The notes below the pieces were generated by a model. It saw nothing but the letters and a program-made list of their open reading frames with translations, made no database searches and had not been told where the DNA came from. Of a DNA stretch of 64,000 nucleotides, positions 31,504 to 39,455 are shown one piece after another (within the stretch, counting starts at the first letter, position 1; every line of letters starts with the position of its first letter). Source of the DNA: Usitatibacteraceae bacterium (GTDB taxonomy: Bacteria > Pseudomonadota > Gammaproteobacteria > Burkholderiales > Usitatibacteraceae); the NCBI GenBank assembly GCA_035432885.1, contig DAORTX010000001.1:13043-77042 (forward strand), given 5' to 3'. A program made the position numbers and the translations under genes.

Positions 31504-33714
31504 ATGCCCCCCTTCTCCAGTCCCCTTTACCGTGAAAGCGGAATAGCCTTGATCCGGCGCACCAGAATCCGAGTCCGCACGATCGCCACCGTCCTGGCGC
31601 TTGCGGTCTCGTCGTGCTCGCTGTTGCCCGCGCCGCAACCGGGCGCGCCTGGCACCGAGCGCGAGCGGGCGGAGTTCGGGCCGCGAGCGCCGTCGGTCGC
31701 TCAGGGGACGCCCCAGCCGGCTGTCGTGGCCGAAAAGCCGCGAGTGTTTCCCGGCACGGGCAATTTCCTGAACACGAAGCCGCCCGCCCCGCAGCCGCCC
31801 GCAGGCCCCGAGGAAGCGAGCCTCAACTTCGAGGCGCTGGACGTGCGCTCGGCCGCCAAGGTGATCCTGGGTGACTACCTTCGCGAGTCCTACACAGTGC
31901 ACCCGGGGGTCACGGGCAATGTCACTTTCCGGACGATCAAGCCGATTCCGCGCTCGGCGCTCCTGCCCACGCTCGAGATGCTGCTTCGCCAGAACAACGC
32001 CGCCGTCGTGAAGGAAGACGGCGTCTTCAAGGTGCTTCCCATTTCCGCGGTGCGCGGATCCGTTTCGCCCCAGCTCGGCGCGGCGACGGCGCCCGTGCCG
32101 GCGGGCTATTCCGTCCTCGTGGTTCCGGTGAAGTACGTGGGCGCCCGGGAAATGGCGAAACTTCTCGAGCCTTTCGCCGCCGAGAATACCGTCCGCGTCG
32201 ACGACGTGAGGAACCTGGTAATCCTCGCGGGGAACCAGAAGGAACTGCGCCACCTCCTCGACACGATCGAGCTCTTCGACGTCGACTGGCTTGCCGGCTT
32301 TTCCATCGGCATCTTCCCGGTGAGGAGCGCCGACGTGAAGGCGCTTGTGGCCGACCTGGACAAGGTGTTCGGCGCCACGGCGGCGGGCCCGCTCGCCGGG
32401 CTCGTCCGCGTGATACCGATCGAGCGGCTGAATTCCCTTCTCATCGTGACCACGCAGCCGAAGTACCTGGAGAGCGCGAAGTCGTGGATGGAGCGACTCG
32501 ACCAGATCGGCGCGACCACCGGCGGGTCGCGGCTCTTCGTCTACACGGTGAAGAACGGCAAGGCCGAGAACCTCGCCAATCTCGTGAGCGAATTGTTCAC
32601 CAAGCGAACGACCACGACGATCGCTCCGCCGCAACTCGCGCCTGGTGCGCGACCCGGGCAGATCGCCACGACGCCCCAGACCGGGGCCGCGGGGGCGGGA
32701 ATCCAGCAGCCCGGGGCGACCCAGCCGTCGGCGGCCTCGTTCGCCATTCCGGGCACGGTGGCGAGCGTCTCGAGCGAGGTACGCGTCATCGCGGACAAGG
32801 ACAACAATGCGCTCCTCATCCTCGCCACGCCCACGGACTACGAGATCATCGAATCGGCGCTGGTGAAGCTCGACGTCATTCCGAGGCAGGTGCTGGTGGA
32901 AGTGACGATCGCGGAGGTCACGCTGTCCGACGACCTCAAGTTCGGGGTCGACTGGTTCCTAACCGGGCGCAGCGTGGGGAGCGCGAGCATCACCTCGGGC
33001 TCGCTCAACCTGGGCGGACTACCGCTCACGGCCACCGGAGCGGTGCCGGCGTTCTCGGGTCTGCAGCTCATCAACAGCCTTGGCGGCGACGTGCGCGCCG
33101 TCCTCAACGCGCTGGGCAAGGATGGGCGCCTGCAGGTGCTTGCTACGCCGCAACTCATGGTGCTGGACAACCAGAAAGCCCAGATCAAGGTCGGAGACCG
33201 CATTTCGGTGCAGACGCAGCAGCAGACTGTCTCGGGCACCACGACCGGGCTCATCAACAGCTTCCAGTATATCGAGACGGGCATCCTGCTTTCGGTCACG
33301 CCCCGCATCAATTCCGGCGGGCAGGTGACGCTGGAGGTGAGCCAGGAAGTAAGCGTTCCCGGAGTCCCGTCCGTCGCCGGGGCGAACCCCGACATCAGCC
33401 AGCGCACGGCGACCACTACCGTTGTGGTGGGCTCGGGAGAATCCATCGTTCTCGGCGGGCTGATCCGCGAGGACAATACCCGCTCGACGTCCGGCATCCC
33501 GCTGCTGTCCAAGATCCCGATACTCGGCGCCGCGTTCGGGACGCAGAGCATCGTCAAGCGCCGTACGGAGACCATCCTGCTCATCCGTCCGATCGTCATC
33601 ACGAACGTGCGGCAGGCGGCCGAGGCGACCGAGGAGTTGCGGCGCAAGATGCCTTCGCTCGAGGGATTGCTGCCGGCAATGCCGGCGCAGCCCGCTCCCG
33701 CCGGCGCGCGCTAG
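31504..33714 (+). CDS. gspD: Type II secretion secretin GspD (predicted lipoprotein)
   Basis: 736 aa with the secretin C-domain (GESIVLGGLIREDNTRSTSGIPLLSKIPILGAAFG) and a lipobox LAVSS-C (Cys codon 31615). An alternative TTG start lies near 31549. Confidence 0.9.
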   Translation: MPPFSSPLYRESGIALIRRTRIRVRTIATVLALAVSSCSLLPAPQPGAPGTERERAEFGPRAPSVAQGTPQPAVVAEKPRVFPGTGNFLNTKPPAPQPPAGPEEASLNFEALDVRSAAKVILGDYLRESYTVHPGVTGNVTFRTIKPIPRSALLPTLEMLLRQNNAAVVKEDGVFKVLPISAVRGSVSPQLGAATAPVPAGYSVLVVPVKYVGAREMAKLLEPFAAENTVRVDDVRNLVILAGNQKELRHLLDTIELFDVDWLAGFSIGIFPVRSADVKALVADLDKVFGATAAGPLAGLVRVIPIERLNSLLIVTTQPKYLESAKSWMERLDQIGATTGGSRLFVYTVKNGKAENLANLVSELFTKRTTTTIAPPQLAPGARPGQIATTPQTGAAGAGIQQPGATQPSAASFAIPGTVASVSSEVRVIADKDNNALLILATPTDYEIIESALVKLDVIPRQVLVEVTIAEVTLSDDLKFGVDWFLTGRSVGSASITSGSLNLGGLPLTATGAVPAFSGLQLINSLGGDVRAVLNALGKDGRLQVLATPQLMVLDNQKAQIKVGDRISVQTQQQTVSGTTTGLINSFQYIETGILLSVTPRINSGGQVTLEVSQEVSVPGVPSVAGANPDISQRTATTTVVVGSGESIVLGGLIREDNTRSTSGIPLLSKIPILGAAFGTQSIVKRRTETILLIRPIVITNVRQAAEATEELRRKMPSLEGLLPAMPAQPAPAGAR

Positions 33715-33802
33715 CCGCCCTTGGGCGAAGCGCGCTCCGCCGGACAGCCAACCATGATATTTTACTGGAGATTACCCCTGTAACTTGTTGATTGATTATG
33801 CC

Positions 33803-33818
33803 GGGCAGGTTTGTTGCA
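33803..33818 (+). promoter_or_regulatory. Sigma54-like -24/-12 promoter element
   Basis: GGGCAG-GTTTG-TTGCA. GG (33804-05) and GC (33816-17) are 12 nt apart, as in TGGCAC-N5-TTGCW. It lies in an AT-rich spacer about 80 nt upstream of the lipoprotein gene. An IHF-consensus match (AATCAACAAGTTA, minus strand, 33781-33793) is adjacent. Confidence 0.4.
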
Positions 33819-33894
33819 ATAAAGCAACAGTGTTGTATAAATCTGCAGAATTCGTTTGACGCCCCTTTTGAATTTGAATAGTCTTTGACGGGAG

Positions 33895-34341
33895 TTGGCA
33901 GTGAAAGCACGCATATTTCGCGGTACCCCGGGGATCGCCGGGCGGTATGTTCGGATTCTCGCCGCAGGCCTCGTGGCCGGCATCGCCGGTTGTGCGACGC
34001 AGCCAGTGCCTGTCGCGATGCCGGAGAAGAGCCGCGAGGCGGTCGTCCTGGAGAAGGCCCAGGCTCGCTGGGATGCGTTGCTGAAGAACCGGATGACCGA
34101 GGCGTACCAGTTCTACAGTCCTGCGAGCCGGGTGGTTTTGAGTTACGAGGATTTCATCCGTTCCATGCGGGTGGGCTTCTGGAAGGCGGCACAGGTGGAC
34201 CGGGTGGAGTGCCAGGCCGAGGATGCCTGCGAGGCCATCGTCGCCATCGAGTATCAGCACCGGGGAAGCCGGGTCCGGACGCCGATCCGGGAAACCTGGA
34301 TCCGCGTGGAAGGAAACTGGTGGTATGTGCAGAAAGGTTGA
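33895..34341 (+). CDS. Small lipoprotein of unknown function
   Basis: 148 aa from TTG 33895. GTG 33901, with GGGAG upstream, is more likely the start. It has a lipobox LVAGIAG-C, and I recognise no catalytic motif. Confidence 0.65.
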   Translation: MAVKARIFRGTPGIAGRYVRILAAGLVAGIAGCATQPVPVAMPEKSREAVVLEKAQARWDALLKNRMTEAYQFYSPASRVVLSYEDFIRSMRVGFWKAAQVDRVECQAEDACEAIVAIEYQHRGSRVRTPIRETWIRVEGNWWYVQKG

Positions 34342-34385
34342 GTTTCGGGGGCTGTCACGGCCCCCGTCGGGAAGGCAGGACGTAT

Positions 34386-34414
34386 TTGTAAATCCCGGGT
34401 GACTGGGATAGAAT
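34386..34414 (+). promoter_or_regulatory. Sigma70-type promoter of the 489-aa exported protein gene
   Basis: TTGTAA (34386-91), a 17-nt spacer, then TAGAAT (34409-14). An AAGGAG Shine-Dalgarno lies at 34461-66, 11 nt before the ATG at 34478. Confidence 0.5.
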
Positions 34415-34477
34415 CTCGCCGTTGTATCCTCTAATAAAGTGATCACTTTCATCTTCACCAAAGGAGTAACCCAGAAC

Positions 34478-35947
34478 ATGAACACGTTCAAAAGAAAAGC
34501 GCTGGCCGCCGCCGTCTTCGCGGGGCTGGGCGTTGGTTCGGCTCAGGCCGTCTACCAGGACCCGAACGGCCTTGGCCAGGGTTTGTATTACCCGTACTAC
34601 ACCGTCCAGTCCGTCGACGGCAACGCCTACAACACGTACGTGTCGGTCGTGAACACCACCGCCACCGGCAAGGTCGTCAAGGTCCGCTTCCGCGAAGGCA
34701 AGCAATCGCGCGAAGTCCTTGACTTCAACCTCTACCTGTCGCCCAACGACGTCTGGACCGGCGCGATCATCCCGGCCGACGCCACCGCGACTTCGCCCGG
34801 CCGCCTGGTCACGTCGGACGTCTCCTGCACGAACCCCGCCATCCCCGCCACGGGAATCGACTTCCGGAACTTCCAGTACTCCGGCGCGTTCGACGACGGC
34901 GCCGGCACCGGCCTCGACCGTTCCCGCGAGGGCTACATCGAGATGCTGGAAATGTCGACCGTTATCGGACCGTCCTTGGCCGCGATCACCCACTCGGCCG
35001 CGACTGGCGTCCCGACTTGCACCGGCGTCCGTGGCCCCGGCCCGAACGCGCTCCCGCTTGCTGACCGCGCTGCCCCGACGGGCGGCCTGTCCGGCAACGG
35101 CACGCTCATCAACGTGAACAACGGGTCCGACGCGGGCTACAACGCCGTCGCGCTCGCCAACGTCACGACCACCGACATCTACACGGACGTCGGCTCGGAA
35201 ATTGGTGGCTTCGATCAGGCCGACCCGGTCAGCATCGTGGTCGCGACCTCTCCGGCGGGCACGCATTCCTACACGTCCCAGTGGCTGCTTGGCATCGACG
35301 CCGTGTCCTCGACGATGATGCACCAGAACGTCATCAACGAGTACGTGCTGGACGCGGGCACCAAGTCGAACACCGACTGGGTGATGACCTTCCCGACCAA
35401 GCGCTTCTACGTGACGACGGCCGCCGCGGCGGCGCCGTTCACCAACAAGTTCACGGCGACGGGTTCCTGCGAGTCCTTCGGCTTCCAGTTCTTCAACCGT
35501 GAAGAGCGTGGCGCCACGGCTGCAGGCGGCGACTTCTCGCCGCTGCCCCCGACCCTCGTGGCCGGCCTGTGCTGGGAATCGACTGTCCTGAGCATCCGCT
35601 CCGGCCAGACGCACAACCCGTCGGGCAACACTTCCGGTGTCCTGGGTTCCGCCAACAATCTGTCGGTCAACGTGACTGCCGGCAACCAGAACGGCTGGGC
35701 GAACCTCAGCTTCACGGGCGCCAACTCGCTGGTCGGCCTCGTGTCGCAAGCGGGTTCGAGCACCGTCAACATCGGCACGCTGGTTGGCGTCGCTGGCGCG
35801 CAGACTTACCTTGGCCTGCCGGTCACGGGCTTCATGGCGCGCTCGTTCAACAACGGCACGCTTACCTGCGAGGGCGCTTCCTGCCAGGGCAACTATGGCA
35901 GCCTGTTCACGCACAACTACATCGACAACATCCAGCCGCGGCCGTAA
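34478..35947 (+). CDS. Exported beta-rich protein of unknown family (candidate surface/S-layer or T2SS substrate)
   Basis: 489 aa with a signal peptide ending GSAQA/VY. The composition is rich in Thr/Ser/Asn/Gly/Val with few charged residues, 6 Cys and no TM. The codon choice looks like that of a highly expressed gene. A strong terminator follows. Confidence 0.8.
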   Translation: MNTFKRKALAAAVFAGLGVGSAQAVYQDPNGLGQGLYYPYYTVQSVDGNAYNTYVSVVNTTATGKVVKVRFREGKQSREVLDFNLYLSPNDVWTGAIIPADATATSPGRLVTSDVSCTNPAIPATGIDFRNFQYSGAFDDGAGTGLDRSREGYIEMLEMSTVIGPSLAAITHSAATGVPTCTGVRGPGPNALPLADRAAPTGGLSGNGTLINVNNGSDAGYNAVALANVTTTDIYTDVGSEIGGFDQADPVSIVVATSPAGTHSYTSQWLLGIDAVSSTMMHQNVINEYVLDAGTKSNTDWVMTFPTKRFYVTTAAAAAPFTNKFTATGSCESFGFQFFNREERGATAAGGDFSPLPPTLVAGLCWESTVLSIRSGQTHNPSGNTSGVLGSANNLSVNVTAGNQNGWANLSFTGANSLVGLVSQAGSSTVNIGTLVGVAGAQTYLGLPVTGFMARSFNNGTLTCEGASCQGNYGSLFTHNYIDNIQPRP

Positions 35948-36002
35948 CGCGGTGGCGATGGGAATGGGGACCGGTTTTCGGCCCCCTTCCCTGCAGCGCT
36001 CG

Positions 36003-36031
36003 ACGGGCAGACTTCGGTCTGCCCGTTTTTT
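36003..36031 (+). terminator. Rho-independent terminator
   Basis: A perfect 10-bp stem (acgggcagac / gtctgcccgt) with a ttcg loop, followed by tttttg. It lies 56 nt after the stop at 35947. Confidence 0.8.
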
Positions 36032-36191
36032 GTGATCTGATCCACAGACAGCCGGAATCCGGGAGGGGCATCATTGCGTATATAATTCGCCCTGTAATCA
36101 CTGTTCCCGTGCCGGGAGAGTTGCGGGCAGGCCACCAAGAGCCATGATTGCGGCGCTGCCACCGTCACCCGATGCACTTGAAAGGATTTCC

Positions 36192-37613
36192 ATGCAAAGC
36201 CTGATTCGTTTCCCGAGCTTGCGCCGAATGGGCGCCGCGCTCGCGGCCAGCCTCGGCATTGCCGCCGGGCTCATTCCAGTTCCCTCCGCGATCGCGGCCA
36301 CGGTAAGCCTCACCGGGGGCACCACCGCTTCGTGCACCTACAGCAGCATGGCCGGTAACGCGGCTGGCGACTTCACCTTCACCTGCTCGGGCGGATCGTC
36401 GCCGGGCACCCTTTCGCTCAATCTCGCCGGCACCGCCGCGAGCATCCCGGTCTCCACCGGGTCCACGACCTTCGCTGTCCAGCGATTGAGCGGGACCAGC
36501 GGCGCCATCTCGGGCACCCTGGCGGTCACCTCTGGCACTTGCACCGTGACTCCCGCCACGGTCAATTTTAACGCTGACTCAACCACGCCGAGTTCGACGG
36601 TCACGCTGAGCGCCGGCACGGCGACTGCGGGAACGAGTTGCACCGTCACGCTTACGAGTGCATCGGCGCCGGTCGTCGCGCCGGCCAGCCATACCGTGAG
36701 CGTCGTCAACCCGAACGCGAATGTCTCCTTCCAGTTCACGTCGGCGACGTCGACCGCCTTCTTCAGCGGCACCCCAGTGCCGGTGTCCATCACCATCGCG
36801 CGCACGGGCGGCACGGCCGGCTCCTATAACGTCCCCTTCTATGTCCAGGGCAGCCTGGTAGACGGCTCGGGAAACATCATCGCGGGCGGCGGCACAGTCG
36901 CGCCGCCGCTCTCCTCGGTCACCGGGAACCCCCCCTACGCCTATGGAGTCGCATCCTTCCCGGAGGGAACGGGCTCGCAGACGATCACGTACACGCCACC
37001 GACCGCGGTGCCCGCGGGCGTCACCTCGCCGGCGACCATCAACTACACGCTCCTCGATCCGATGATCGTCGGATCACCGCCGTCGGGCCAAGCCGCCACA
37101 CTCGGCACGACCAAGACAAACGCGATGACCGTCCAGACGCAGGCCGGCTGCGCCACCAGCGCCAACTTTACGGTGCCCTGGACCGGCGGCCAGACTCTCG
37201 TGAGCCAGGTGAAGCGGAACGAGACCGGCGCGGTGTCGATCAATCCGACCCCGGGGCTCATCGGCACCGACGGGTACATGTCTGTGGTGGTCAAAGAGAC
37301 GTCGACCACCGGCGACCAGGCGGACATCCACTACACGCTCTCGGCTTGCCCGGGAGACTTCACACCGGCGATCATTCCGGGCAGCAACTGCGCGCAGCAC
37401 TCGCAGTACACGGGCGGGACGATGCGGTTCTCGATTGGCCCGAAGCCGGTGGGGACGCCTTGGTATCTGTATGTCTGCGAACTGCCGTTGGGCACGACGA
37501 CGGTGTACCTGAATTTCCGGCAGATCAAGAGGCCCACGCCGGTCCCACCGAGCGCGCCGGGCACGCCGAGCTGCCAGTTCACGACCTGCCCGATCTACGT
37601 GCAGTTCAACTGA
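36192..37613 (+). CDS. Exported Thr/Ser/Gly-rich, 10-cysteine protein of unknown family
   Basis: ATG at 36192 with AAAGGA upstream. The signal peptide ends PSAIA/ATVS. The protein is 473 aa, with Ig/Calx-beta-like low-complexity beta segments and 10 Cys. A perfect TATAAT lies at 36081-36086. Confidence 0.75.
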   Translation: MQSLIRFPSLRRMGAALAASLGIAAGLIPVPSAIAATVSLTGGTTASCTYSSMAGNAAGDFTFTCSGGSSPGTLSLNLAGTAASIPVSTGSTTFAVQRLSGTSGAISGTLAVTSGTCTVTPATVNFNADSTTPSSTVTLSAGTATAGTSCTVTLTSASAPVVAPASHTVSVVNPNANVSFQFTSATSTAFFSGTPVPVSITIARTGGTAGSYNVPFYVQGSLVDGSGNIIAGGGTVAPPLSSVTGNPPYAYGVASFPEGTGSQTITYTPPTAVPAGVTSPATINYTLLDPMIVGSPPSGQAATLGTTKTNAMTVQTQAGCATSANFTVPWTGGQTLVSQVKRNETGAVSINPTPGLIGTDGYMSVVVKETSTTGDQADIHYTLSACPGDFTPAIIPGSNCAQHSQYTGGTMRFSIGPKPVGTPWYLYVCELPLGTTTVYLNFRQIKRPTPVPPSAPGTPSCQFTTCPIYVQFN

Positions 37614-37630
37614 GCTTCGCGATTCCTCAC

Positions 37631-37668
37631 GGCCCGCATGCGAGAGCGCATGCGGGCCTTTTGTTTGG
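37631..37668 (+). terminator. Rho-independent terminator
   Basis: A perfect 12-bp stem (ggcccgcatgcg / cgcatgcgggcc) with an agag loop, followed by ttttgttt. It lies 17 nt after the stop at 37613. Confidence 0.85.
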
Positions 37669-37684
37669 TAAGAAAGGAACCTCC

Positions 37685-38662
37685 TTGAATTCTCTCTTTG
37701 CCACCCTTGCCGCCGCCGCGGCGATCACCGCGGCGCCTCTGGCCGCCGCCGAAACCCCGCTCGTGAAGAACGGGGACATCGTCGTCACGGAGGCCGACTT
37801 CGAGGCGTACATGGAACGCGTGCCGCTCGAGCTTCGCAACGAGGCGAAGGCGGACGGCGAGCGCAACAACAAGGTCGTCGACCTCATCTTCTCCAACCGC
37901 GTCCTCGCGCAGGAGGCGCGCAAGGCCGGCCTGGACAAGGACCCGGCCCTGGCCCGCCGGATCCAGCAGCACCAGGAGGCCTTCCTCGCGCTGCAGTACG
38001 TGGCCTACCTCGAGCGCATCGCGCCGATTCCCGCCGATCTCGAGGCGCGCGCACTTGAGCTCTACCTCACGAAGCCCGACCGCTACACCGAGCCCGATCG
38101 CGTGGAGTTGCAGCACGTCCTCGTGGGACTCATCGGCCGCACGAGGGAACAGGCGCTGGCCCGCGCGGAGGAAGTCCGCGCCAAGGCGGTAGGCGGCGCG
38201 GACTTCCTGGCGCTGGCCCGGGAGTATTCCGACGATCCCGGCCTCATTCGCAATGGCGGCAGGCTCGGCGCCGTCACTGACAAGGAGATCGACCATCGCA
38301 TCGCCAAGGTCGCCTTCGGGATGAAGTCGGACGGCGAGATATCGGCGCCCATTGTGGCCACCCATGGCGTTCACATCGTGAAGCGCACGGGCTTCAAGCC
38401 CTCCTTCAAGCGCAAGTTCGAGGACGTGAAGGAAGCGATCATCGAGGAAACGCGCGCGCGCCTGCGAAGCGAGGTCTCCCTAAAGCTTCTGGACGCCTGG
38501 CGCCGTAGCCCCGAGACGCAGTGGAACGCAAAGGCCATCGCGGCATTGCGGACCGAGGTGCCGAGGGATGAACTGAAACGCAAGCAGCGCGAGGCGGTGG
38601 AGCGAATGGCGGAAGAAGCGAAGGAAGCCGCCACACCCGCCGCGCCGCCCGCCCGCAACTGA
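37685..38662 (+). CDS. Secreted PpiC/parvulin-type peptidyl-prolyl cis-trans isomerase
   Basis: TTG start at 37685, after AGAAAGGA. The signal peptide is LAAAAAITAAPLAAAE. The parvulin core reads VELQHVLV ... DDPGLIRNGGRLG ... THGVHIVKR. Confidence 0.8.
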   Translation: MNSLFATLAAAAAITAAPLAAAETPLVKNGDIVVTEADFEAYMERVPLELRNEAKADGERNNKVVDLIFSNRVLAQEARKAGLDKDPALARRIQQHQEAFLALQYVAYLERIAPIPADLEARALELYLTKPDRYTEPDRVELQHVLVGLIGRTREQALARAEEVRAKAVGGADFLALAREYSDDPGLIRNGGRLGAVTDKEIDHRIAKVAFGMKSDGEISAPIVATHGVHIVKRTGFKPSFKRKFEDVKEAIIEETRARLRSEVSLKLLDAWRRSPETQWNAKAIAALRTEVPRDELKRKQREAVERMAEEAKEAATPAAPPARN

Positions 38663-38669
38663 CTTTTCG

Positions 38670-39455
38670 ATGTCCGCCACCGTCTACACCCATCGGTGGC
38701 TCCTCGCGTCCTTCGTTCGCCGCGAGCTCGGCACGCGCTACGCGGGCTCCGTGAGTGGCGCGGCGTGGGCTCTGCTGCATCCGCTGGCGCTCCTCGCGGT
38801 CTACGCGTTCATCTTCACGACGGTTTTCCGCGTCCAGTTGCCCCTGGGCGCGGGAGGCGCCAGCTACACCGCTTTCGCGGCCGTGATGCTATGGCCGTGG
38901 ATCATGTTCTCCGAGGGCGTGACGCGGGGCATGGAATCGATCCAGTCCAACGCCGGGCTCATCCGCAAGGTGGCCTTTCCCCACGCACTGCTCGTCTACG
39001 CCGCCGTCGTGTCTTCGTTCGCGGTCCATGCCCTGGGCTTCGTAGCAGTCCTCGTGGTGCTCGCGGTGCTGGGCGAGCCGGTCCACCTCGTGCGCGCGCC
39101 CCTCACCCTGGCCTTTCTCGTGCCGCTGGCGATCGCGGCGGTCGGCGTGGCTGCCGTCCTCGCGGCGCTCCAGACGCTGCTCAAGGACGTGGGGCAGGTG
39201 GTTTCCATCGGCCTCACCGTGCTCTTCTACGGCACGCCCATCCTCTATCCCCTGGCCTTCGTCCCCGATTCGATGCGCCCGTGGATGGCGGCGAACCCGC
39301 TCACCGGCATGGCGGAGCGCTTGCGCGAGGTGCTGTTGACGGGTGGCGGCCTCGTGCCCGGCGATCTCTGGCTCTGGGTCATCGCGCTGGCCGTGGCATG
39401 GGCGGGCTTGCGGTTCTTCGAGCGCCTTTCCCCGCATTTCGAGGATTTCCTGTGA
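38670..39455 (+). CDS. wzm: ABC-2 type polysaccharide export permease (Wzm/TagG-like)
   Basis: 261 aa with six predicted TM segments. The N-terminus RRELGTRYAGSVSGAAWALLHP is typical of Wzm. Confidence 0.8.
   Translation: MSATVYTHRWLLASFVRRELGTRYAGSVSGAAWALLHPLALLAVYAFIFTTVFRVQLPLGAGGASYTAFAAVMLWPWIMFSEGVTRGMESIQSNAGLIRKVAFPHALLVYAAVVSSFAVHALGFVAVLVVLAVLGEPVHLVRAPLTLAFLVPLAIAAVGVAAVLAALQTLLKDVGQVVSIGLTVLFYGTPILYPLAFVPDSMRPWMAANPLTGMAERLREVLLTGGGLVPGDLWLWVIALAVAWAGLRFFERLSPHFEDFL

Noticed and set aside
33895-33910. Second TTGGCA motif that could be a sigma54 -24 box.
   Set aside because: The GC dinucleotide is 10 nt rather than 12 nt from the GG. The motif also overlaps the start codon region of the lipoprotein gene.
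36031-36046. CRP-like palindrome TGTGATCTGATCCACA upstream of the 473-aa protein gene.
   Set aside because: One half-site is imperfect (CCACA). The left half merges with the terminator U-tract. Its centre is about 54 nt from the start implied by the TATAAT at 36081, which fits neither class I nor class II spacing. I keep it only as a weak possibility.
34478-37613. Enrichment of N-x-S/T sequons as evidence for HMW1C-like N-glycosylation.
   Set aside because: I count about ten sequons in the 489-aa protein and about four in the 473-aa protein. That is roughly what their Asn/Ser/Thr-rich composition predicts by chance, so it is not evidence on its own.
33715-37680. Idea that the exported-protein genes form a horizontally acquired island.
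   Set aside because: Only the intergenic spacers are AT-rich. The coding regions keep the high GC3 of the host. There are no flanking direct repeats, tRNA, integrase or transposase.
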